A program made the translations under genes and the position numbers. Source: Cenarchaeum sp. (GTDB taxonomy: Archaea; Thermoproteota; Nitrososphaeria; Nitrososphaerales; Nitrosopumilaceae). Taken from it: DNA of 64,000 nucleotides. The stretch is taken from assembly GCA_965212015.1 (NCBI GenBank), contig OZ243037.1:192001-256000 (forward strand), given 5' to 3'. Positions 28,495 to 36,401 of this stretch are shown here, in pieces (within the stretch, counting starts at the first letter, position 1; each line of letters opens with the position of its first letter). A model generated the notes under the pieces. That model had not been told where the DNA came from. It made no database searches and worked only from the letters and a program-made list of their open reading frames with translations.

Positions 28495-28986
28495 TTGATG
28501 GCGCTAGCGGGACTGTTGCTGCTGGCAGCCATTCCCGCATACGGGTTTGAGAATCCCGGACTAAAGCAGACGCTCGGCGTCGATGCCGGCGGATACGAGT
28601 TTGTCGTGGACACGGTTTCAAACTTTGATATAACTGCGCACGAGTTTGACCCGGACAAAAAGACGCTTACATTTTTTATCAGCAGCACCATACGGGATAA
28701 CCTCTCGGAGGTTACGATTCCATCCGATCTGATCGGGGGAAATTTCACGTTTTATCTTGACGGCGAGGAGATATTTCCGAGGGTGGTGGGCAGCCCCACT
28801 GCGTCGCTTGTGATAGTCGAGTTTGAGGGCACCGGCGCCCACAGGCTAGACATAATCGGGACCACGTACCTGCCGGAATTCTCAGAGATTGCAGTGCTCG
28901 TGCTGGCATCGTCCATGATCGGACTGGTGCTGCTAAAGCGACTCAAGCTGCCTATGTTGCATCCCGGCCCTCCGAATAGCAGTTAA
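28495..28986 (+). CDS. PEF(G)-CTERM sorting-domain protein
   Basis: Signal peptide and C-terminal IIGTTYLPEFSEIAVLVLA TM helix followed by basic residues. Confidence 0.8.
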   Translation: MMALAGLLLLAAIPAYGFENPGLKQTLGVDAGGYEFVVDTVSNFDITAHEFDPDKKTLTFFISSTIRDNLSEVTIPSDLIGGNFTFYLDGEEIFPRVVGSPTASLVIVEFEGTGAHRLDIIGTTYLPEFSEIAVLVLASSMIGLVLLKRLKLPMLHPGPPNSS

Positions 28987-30001
28987 AGGCGTCTGCCGCA
29001 TCGTTGCGCTCGTCTAGCAGCGCATTGTATTCGTCGACGTTTTCATTGATCTCCTGTTGCAGGTCCAGCATTTTATAGTACAGCGCGCTTGCCTCCGCGT
29101 ATACAAAATCGTCATAAAACACGTCGGGATATTCTGAGAACTTGTCGTTCATGGCGTCGTACTTTTCCCTCCCCTCGTCTATTATGACAAGCAGATCCTC
29201 GAGCTCCGAATCAATCGCGGCTATCTTGCCGTGAAGCTTTGCCTGTCCTGCAAATATGTTTGCGTCTGCCTGGCGCGCGGGCATTACATAGCCCATCTCG
29301 TCAAATAGCGCGGGATCCGTGCCGTTTGCGCCGTACATCAGGTGGTCCTCATCGGAGGTGTGCTCGAGGCCCAGGTGGTGTCCTATCTCGTGCGTGATAA
29401 TGTCCCGGATCGTGTCGTCTGAATGAATCACGTAAAAGCCGTTGCAGTCAAAGTCGCCCAGTATGTAGTGGATTTCTGCGTCCGGATGCTTGTAGTATCC
29501 GGAATGGCTGCCCAGCTTTTCATAAACCTCCTCGTTTTGGGACTCGTCGGAGAATATCATCAGCGTAGAGTCACGTATGCTGTATACGCGCTCAAACTCA
29601 AAGTCCGGGTTTGACTGCCGCCACGCAACAAACGCATTGTGTATCTCCTCCTGGTGCCGAAGTGCAGTAGAGTCCACATGGTATCTTGTTGCGGTGCCAG
29701 AGTGGGAGCCCTGGCCCGGATTCGTTTCGGGAGCCAGCACCGGCTCGCTTATGTCTGGTATGGGCGATATCGTGTGTGAAAATGTCGCAATCAGGCGCCA
29801 TCCGCGCTCCTCCAGCCTTGCGGCGGTATCAGGATAGACGCATGCGGGTTTTTTGCCGGCTGATTCCACCAGGGTCTTGCCTGCAATGCACTGTATCTCG
29901 TGTATGGGCACCCCGGAGTCAAACTGCTCTTGCGGCGTGGTCAGTGCGTGCACCTGCATGAATGATATTGCCACCAGGGACAGCAAAAGCAGGTAAAGCA
30001 T
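28952..30001 (-). CDS. Secreted matrixin-like (metzincin) metalloprotease
   Basis: Signal peptide, HEIGHHLGLEH, Met-turn LMY and a C-terminal coiled coil. Confidence 0.85.
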   Translation of the reverse strand: MLYLLLLSLVAISFMQVHALTTPQEQFDSGVPIHEIQCIAGKTLVESAGKKPACVYPDTAARLEERGWRLIATFSHTISPIPDISEPVLAPETNPGQGSHSGTATRYHVDSTALRHQEEIHNAFVAWRQSNPDFEFERVYSIRDSTLMIFSDESQNEEVYEKLGSHSGYYKHPDAEIHYILGDFDCNGFYVIHSDDTIRDIITHEIGHHLGLEHTSDEDHLMYGANGTDPALFDEMGYVMPARQADANIFAGQAKLHGKIAAIDSELEDLLVIIDEGREKYDAMNDKFSEYPDVFYDDFVYAEASALYYKMLDLQQEINENVDEYNALLDERNDAADAFNCYSEGRDAT

Positions 30002-30195
30002 TTGCCTATACTATGGCAGTTAAAACTAATAAACTGATCACGGGATTGCGCGCAAAGACAGGATCGCATTATAAGACGCGAATCGACGCAGCCGCAGCTC
30101 GGACATTTGAGAAATGATCATTGCAGAATCGTTCCCTGGCCGGCACGGCCAAAAAAGTGCAAAACAGTAATATTCAAACCAGAAAAACCATAGAC

Positions 30196-30387
30196 ATGTC
30201 TCTGGCAAAAATTCACGGGGCGTTTCTTGGCCTGTCTGTTCTCGGAGTCGTAATACTGGCAATAGGGGTCACAATCAACAATGACTCTTACTGGTTTGCG
30301 GCAAACATTGCAATGGGGGGCATATTTGCCTCCAGCGCGGCAGTCTTTTATGCCACCATGCGCAAAAGTCGGCCAGGCCTGGACTAG
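30196..30387 (+). CDS. Small two-TM membrane protein
   Basis: MSLAKIHGAFLGLSVLGVVILAIG...; two hydrophobic segments. Confidence 0.55.
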   Translation: MSLAKIHGAFLGLSVLGVVILAIGVTINNDSYWFAANIAMGGIFASSAAVFYATMRKSRPGLD

Positions 30388-30549
30388 GGCGTTATTCCGG
30401 GCTGTGGTCTTGGAAAACAGCCCTGTCTGCTGTAGGATTCCATTGGGGATGAACTAGCAGATGATGCCCGGCAAGGATCACATAAATAGTGCGACAGGCA
30501 CAGTTTATGTCATGCTTGGATCTGCATTATCCGAATCCCCCCCCTAGCT

Positions 30550-33282
30550 TTGAAGCACTGGGCATACGCAGTCCTTGCGATCGGAATACTGACACTGTCA
30601 ATTGGTGCGGCACATGCCGCGTCTGATGATTCCCCGCCAGCAATACTAAACACGATTCAAAACTTTGAGATTTCAACGGGTGATACGGCAAAGCTGTACC
30701 TTCACACAAAGTTTACCGATGATGGTACAATGACGTACACTGCCGATGCGGCAGATTCCACAATAGTGTCCATTCAGACACACAAAAGCCGGGTTGCAAT
30801 GACCGGGATTGTGGAGGGCACCACGCAGGTTACCGCATGCGCCAGCGACGGCACAAACGATCCCACATGCCAGACGTTTCGGGTCAGCATACAGCCATCT
30901 GCCACGCCAATAAAAACATCAAACACGATTCAAAACTTTGAGATTTCAACGGGTGATACGGCAAAGCTGTACCTTCACACAAAGTTCTCCGGCCAGGGCA
31001 CTCTGGAATACACGGCCGATGCGGCGGATTCCACAATAGTGTCCATTCAGACAGACGGGAGCCGGGTTGCAATGACCGGGCTAAAAGCGGGCACCACGCA
31101 GGTTACCGCATGCGCCAGTAACGGTGCAGGCGAGTCGCTCTGTCAGAAATACAGGGTAACAATCACCGCAGGACTGATAATAGTGCCGCCATCGGATGTC
31201 ACCGCAGAGGCCACAGGAGTGCTGACCGTGGTGGATATCGGCACTGCAAATCATGACTCAATCCGAATTACCAATGACGCGCCGGATTCATTCCCGCTGG
31301 GCGATACCATGGTGACGTGGAGTGCAGACGGCCACGAGAGCGCGACTCAGACTGTTACTATACGGGACACGACCCCGCCCGAGTTTGACAGACTGCGCGA
31401 CATAAAGATCGGAGTGTCCCCGGAGCTGCCGCTCCTGTTCTATAATATTCCGGATGCAAGCGACCTGGCAGACGACTCTGTCGACGTATCGTGTACTCCT
31501 GCGCGTGAGACGGCAGCCACGTTTGGCACCGTCAATGTAGTATGTACTGCAACTGACGATTCTGGAAATTCCAGCACGGGATCCTTTGATGTTACAATAG
31601 TCCCGTTTGATGACGATCTCACGCCAGATACCGTGCAGCATGATCTTAATGCGCCAATCATTACGGCCCCCGACGACATAACCGCAGAGGCGACAGGCAA
31701 TCTCACAACGGTGGATATTGGCACTGCCGTCGCAAAGGATGCAGACGGCGACTTTCCCACGGTAACTAGCAATGCGCCGGATTCCTACCCTCTGGGCGAT
31801 ACTATAGTGACGTGGACTGCAACTAATAGTGACGGCTATGTCGCGCGCGTACACCAGAGAATTACCATTCAGGACACGATCCCGCCCGTCTTTGCATTCG
31901 CACATCTGCCACTGGTGACCTTTGAGCGCTCCATACAGGAGGTGATTCCCCCGCCGGTTGCGACAGATATTTTCGGCATTGATAATATAACATGCGCGTA
32001 TCCTGCGTCCAACATTTATCACCTAGGCGACAACGACATAACCTGCACAGCTATTGATGCAAACGGCCTCAAAACGGAGGAAACGTTTACGGTAAACGTG
32101 ATACAAAACCACACCAAGGTAAAACTTGTCCCAGATGATACCTTTAGATCCTTCGGGTTTGGCAGATACATGGAAAAGGTGGATGACACGCTAATAGTAA
32201 GCGGTGAATACAGAATGACACGTGGTCACGATCCTGCCATATACATATTCAAGATGGGCGAATCCGTCGAGGAATGGAGCCAGACTCAGCGCATAGACCA
32301 TATAGAAGGCGATATCGACAACCAATTTGGACGCGCAATATCATTTGACGGACGCACCATAGTGACAATATCAAAAGGTCTTTCCCAGAATGTCACCCAG
32401 AACAACGGTACAATACATACCTATGAGATGAATGATGCAGAAAAATGGGAACAAACACACATGATACAGCTTGATCATCTGATCAACCACACTGGAAATC
32501 TTCGGAGCATAGCGATAGATGAAGGGACGATTGTAGTGGGCACATACGGTACGACTCACGACGGCCATTCTGGAATAGTGGACGTATACGAGCGAAACAA
32601 TGACGGCTCGTGGAGCAACACTTGGACACAGAATTCATACATTACAGATGAACCGTATGGACAATTTGGAAAAAGCGTGGACATAGACGGGGACACCATA
32701 GTCATAGGTTCCCCGTACGCAAACGGGGCGGCATTCCGATCCGGTGTGGCCCACATACTTGAAAAGAACTCTACCGGACATTGGTTACTTGATGCGGCGC
32801 CTAGTCCGGATGATCTTAGGCCCAATGCGGGATTTGGAGACGATGTTGCGGTGGACGGTAATAAGGTCATAGTCGGTGCAAAATACCAGCGTGGTAGCGA
32901 AAAGGGCATCTATGGTGCAGCATACGTGTTTGAAAAAAAATCCGACACGTGGTTGCAAACGGAAAAACTAGTACCAGAGTCACCACAGTACAGATTTTTC
33001 GGGGACGATGTGAACATACATGACGGGACAATATCTGTCAATGCACACAATCCCAGTTCTCAAGGATGGAAGTCGGCAGTGTATCTATATGAACAAGAGG
33101 GCGAATTATGGAACAAATATGCGACAATAAAGCCGGGATATCAGATATTCTCTTTGCCCGACTCGCTCGGATCAGACCAGGACGTCCTGTTGGTAGGAAA
33201 TATCAATGACCGTACTGGACCCCAAAGATCCGGATCGGCATACCTGTATTTCGGAAACCTGACCGCATACGACGCACCATAA
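30550..33282 (+). CDS. Large surface protein, paralog A: signal peptide, 2 Ig-like repeats, HYR-like domains, FG-GAP beta-propeller
   Basis: NTIQNFEIST repeats, DTTPP/DVTAEATG HYR-like units, and FG..V..DG..IVVGA...G.AYVFE blades. Confidence 0.85.
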   Translation: MKHWAYAVLAIGILTLSIGAAHAASDDSPPAILNTIQNFEISTGDTAKLYLHTKFTDDGTMTYTADAADSTIVSIQTHKSRVAMTGIVEGTTQVTACASDGTNDPTCQTFRVSIQPSATPIKTSNTIQNFEISTGDTAKLYLHTKFSGQGTLEYTADAADSTIVSIQTDGSRVAMTGLKAGTTQVTACASNGAGESLCQKYRVTITAGLIIVPPSDVTAEATGVLTVVDIGTANHDSIRITNDAPDSFPLGDTMVTWSADGHESATQTVTIRDTTPPEFDRLRDIKIGVSPELPLLFYNIPDASDLADDSVDVSCTPARETAATFGTVNVVCTATDDSGNSSTGSFDVTIVPFDDDLTPDTVQHDLNAPIITAPDDITAEATGNLTTVDIGTAVAKDADGDFPTVTSNAPDSYPLGDTIVTWTATNSDGYVARVHQRITIQDTIPPVFAFAHLPLVTFERSIQEVIPPPVATDIFGIDNITCAYPASNIYHLGDNDITCTAIDANGLKTEETFTVNVIQNHTKVKLVPDDTFRSFGFGRYMEKVDDTLIVSGEYRMTRGHDPAIYIFKMGESVEEWSQTQRIDHIEGDIDNQFGRAISFDGRTIVTISKGLSQNVTQNNGTIHTYEMNDAEKWEQTHMIQLDHLINHTGNLRSIAIDEGTIVVGTYGTTHDGHSGIVDVYERNNDGSWSNTWTQNSYITDEPYGQFGKSVDIDGDTIVIGSPYANGAAFRSGVAHILEKNSTGHWLLDAAPSPDDLRPNAGFGDDVAVDGNKVIVGAKYQRGSEKGIYGAAYVFEKKSDTWLQTEKLVPESPQYRFFGDDVNIHDGTISVNAHNPSSQGWKSAVYLYEQEGELWNKYATIKPGYQIFSLPDSLGSDQDVLLVGNINDRTGPQRSGSAYLYFGNLTAYDAP

Positions 33283-33630
33283 ACAGAGGCATATGTCCGC
33301 ACAGCATGATCTTGTTGATACTGTCATGTCTTGATTTGGACTTGCAGGATGTGCAAGTGCAATTTTTTAGAGCTTGAGACAGAATAGACCGATGCTTGGC
33401 ATGGTGATTGCCTCAAAAGGCAGAGGTGGCCGGCCTAGCAAAAAGCGAGGCAGGCCGTCCGGTGGCGGCAGGGACAACAACTATAGCCTCGTTTTTTGTC
33501 ATATTTCTGCTAGCCCGCCTGCAAGACAATGTCCAAGATCGGCATTTTAGCAGTTGCCAGAATCAGGCAGGGCAGTGGGGCCGATACCCGTTCCGCGGCT
33601 GCACATGGGGGAAGATATACGGTATTTCCG

Positions 33631-34079
33631 ATTTGCCGGATTCTAACATTATAATGTTATAATATGCCGGATATGGCCGGTTTTGCCATCAAACAGTCTT
33701 AGAATATTCTAACCTCAAATAGGGCCATTTGCCGGATTCTAACATTATAATGTTATAATATGCCGGATATGGGGCGGTCCTGATTCTAACATTATAATGT
33801 TATAATGGGCAAAATAGAGGCTTTTTTGCCCTCAAATATTGTTATAAGGTTATAATATACCAGATATGGCCGATTTCTAACATTATAATGTTATAATGGG
33901 CAAAATAGAGGCTTTTTTGCCCTCAAATATTGTTATAAGGTTATAATATACCAGATATGGCCGATTTCTAACATTATAATGTTATAATGGGCAAAATAGA
34001 GGCTTTTTTGCCCTCAAATATTGTTATAAGGTTATAATATACCAGATATGGCCGATTTCTAACATTATAATGTTATAAT
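33631..34079. repeat. AT-rich palindromic tandem array (2 x 46 bp, then 3 x 91 bp plus a final core)
   Basis: The core TTCTAACATTATAATGTTATAAT occurs at 33641, 33737, 33784, 33875, 33966 and 34057. The sequence between the last four cores is essentially identical. Confidence 0.95.
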
Positions 34080-34146
34080 CTCAAATGGAGGCATGTTTTG
34101 TACCAAAAGAAAATATATAATAATCAGATAATATGACAATTAGACA

Positions 34147-35160
34147 TTGGCAAAACCGAGTAAAGCGACTCAGGAACAGCTTCGAAAGTACCATAGAGAA
34201 TATCAGAAAAAATACTATAAAGAAAACAGGGAGGAGATTCTGGCCAGAAACAGGAAAAACCAGGCAAAAGCCAAGCCGGGCAGAAAACCCGGACGACCCA
34301 AGGGCAAGCCGGGTAGGAAACCGGGTAGAAAGCCCAGGGCAAAATCCAATCTGTCTGCCAAGGAACGACTTCGAATTTACCGTGCAAAATACTACAAGGA
34401 AAACAGGGAAAAAATTCTAGCTAGCAATAGAAAATCTCAGGCAAAATCAAAGGGCAAGCCCGGCAGAAAGCCAGGTAGGCCCAAAGGAAAGACCGGCAGA
34501 AAACCCGGACGACCCAAGGGCAAGCCCGGCAGAAAGCCAGGTAGGCCCAAAGGAAAGACCGGCAGAAAACCCGGACGACCCAAGGGCAAGCCGGGCAGAA
34601 AACCCGGACGACCCAAAGGAAAGACCGGCAGGAAACCGGGTAGAAAGCCCAGGGCAAAATCCAATCTGTCCGCCGAGGAGCGGCTCCGGATATACCGTGC
34701 AAAATACTACAAGAAAAACAAGGAAAGGATTCTGGCACAAAATAGAAAATACCAGGCAAAAGCCAAGCCGGGCAGAAAACCCGGACGACCCAAGGGCAAG
34801 CCGGGTAGGAAACCGGGTAGAAAGCCCAGGGCAAAATCCAATCTGTCTGCCAAGGAACGACTTCGAATTTACCGTGCAAAATACTACAAGGAAAATAGGG
34901 AAAAAATTCTAGCTAGCAATAGAAAATCTCAGGCAAAATCAAAGGGCAAGCCCGGTAGAAAACCCGGACGACCCAAGGGCAAGCCGGGTCGAAAGCCCAA
35001 GGCAAAGACACGCAGGAAATCAAGTGGATCTTCCAAGGAACAATCCAGAAAGTACCACCGGGATTACCAGAGAAGATACTACAAGGCAAACAGGAATAAA
35101 ATCCTGGCAAGAAACAGAAAACGCCAGGCAAAGCCTGCAACCAGACGCCGCAGGAGATAA
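34147..35160 (+). CDS. Extremely Lys/Arg-rich repeat protein, putative DNA-binding (AT-hook-like GRPKG motifs)
   Basis: 337-aa ORF (TTG start) with 8 GRPKG motifs and 5 YYKxNxxxILA helices. Synonymous variation between repeats supports coding. Confidence 0.8.
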   Translation: MAKPSKATQEQLRKYHREYQKKYYKENREEILARNRKNQAKAKPGRKPGRPKGKPGRKPGRKPRAKSNLSAKERLRIYRAKYYKENREKILASNRKSQAKSKGKPGRKPGRPKGKTGRKPGRPKGKPGRKPGRPKGKTGRKPGRPKGKPGRKPGRPKGKTGRKPGRKPRAKSNLSAEERLRIYRAKYYKKNKERILAQNRKYQAKAKPGRKPGRPKGKPGRKPGRKPRAKSNLSAKERLRIYRAKYYKENREKILASNRKSQAKSKGKPGRKPGRPKGKPGRKPKAKTRRKSSGSSKEQSRKYHRDYQRRYYKANRNKILARNRKRQAKPATRRRRR

Positions 35161-35170
35161 CATTTTCCAT

Positions 35171-35986
35171 CTAGCAGAAATTCTGCGTGTGGTAACCGTC
35201 CTCATCCTCATTGATTGCCACACCTATGCCTATCCTGGTATAGTCCTGCTCCAGTATGCTCTCCCTGTGTCCCGGACTGTTCATCCAGCCGTCCACTATC
35301 GCGCGGGCCATGTCTTCTTCGCTGTCGTACCAACTGTAGGACGTCTTTAATGCCTTGGACATATAGCTGGTGTATGTGGCATACATGGCTATGTTCTCTG
35401 TCAGACCCTCCGTGTAATAGCCTCCATAGTATTTTCTACAATCATAACCTGCCTTTTTTCCCCGGTCACTCGGACCATGACCCTCGGGCGAATCGTGGGA
35501 GTAATAATTTCGCGCGGACATGTCCTCGCTGTGTCCCCGTGCAATGGCATCAATCCTGGAATCTCTGAGAAGAGGCCCGACATTATGCGAGTCCCTCTCC
35601 ATGTTTGTAAATTCGTATATGTGGTTCTCGACTAGCCGGGGATCAAAGCCCGACTCTATACGGATGGGCGGAAGGCCGGAATTCTCGATTGCCATCCAGA
35701 CAGACGAGTTGCCTATGGTTTCGGCCACTTTGGAGTTTTCAATCATACCCGATACGTCGCCCTCTATGTCTCCGATGACTGCGAGCGTCTGCCGCTCTAT
35801 TGTATTGGAGTCAATATTCCCATACTGTACCAAGAGAAATCCCCCGATTGCCGCCAGGGACAGCAGGGCCAGTATTGCGGGTTTTTTTGATGCCCGTCTC
35901 CTTTTGAACTCCCTGATGTGGCCGCATTTTGTACAGCAAAAGCCCCCCTCGCCATGGACATAGCTGTGGCCGTCGCATTCTGACAC
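35171..35986 (-). CDS. CAP/SCP-domain protein with an N-terminal Zn-ribbon-like motif and TM anchor
   Basis: TNMER, ARGHSEDM...YYSH, ENIA, GWMNSPGHRESIL and TQNFC. Confidence 0.9.
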   Translation of the reverse strand: MSECDGHSYVHGEGGFCCTKCGHIREFKRRRASKKPAILALLSLAAIGGFLLVQYGNIDSNTIERQTLAVIGDIEGDVSGMIENSKVAETIGNSSVWMAIENSGLPPIRIESGFDPRLVENHIYEFTNMERDSHNVGPLLRDSRIDAIARGHSEDMSARNYYSHDSPEGHGPSDRGKKAGYDCRKYYGGYYTEGLTENIAMYATYTSYMSKALKTSYSWYDSEEDMARAIVDGWMNSPGHRESILEQDYTRIGIGVAINEDEDGYHTQNFC

Positions 35987-36401
35987 GGGGAGGGATTATG
36001 CCGCTTTTGATAAAAATTTGTCGCAGTGTTTGCCGGAATATGGGGCTCGTAATTGGGACCTTGGTCGGGGCAGGCTCTGCTTTTCCGGACCGGAACTCTG
36101 GCCCGACGGTACAGGCCTCCTGCCAGGGAGCCAGATATCTCTCCATAATGACAAAAGGCGATCTGGACGCTTAGAGTATTCCCGCCGTTTTTTATTTGAT
36201 GGTTTGATGATGGGTCTGATAGTAATTGCAATTATGTCACAATATGGGCGACTGACCAAGACTCTGGGAATCCTGGCTCAAAATCCAAGCTTGCCGAGAC
36301 GGTTGTGGCATCACGCCCAAAGCATCGTATTTTGGGGGAGTTGATGGCCGACGTCATCCGGCAAGGATCACATAAATAGTGCCTATGGTGCAGTTTATGT
36401 C

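Noticed and set aside
33631-34079. CRISPR array
   Set aside because: The sequences between the repeats are identical or of irregular length rather than unique spacers, and there are no cas genes in the window.
34124-35223. Several antisense and alternate-frame ORFs over the basic protein
   Set aside because: They are fragmented shadows of the repeats. Only the 34147-35160 frame is continuous.
36204-36255. Second box C/D sRNA (TTGATGA...CTGA)
   Set aside because: The internal CTGA lies only 5 nt after box C, there is no convincing C' box, and the terminal stem is weak.
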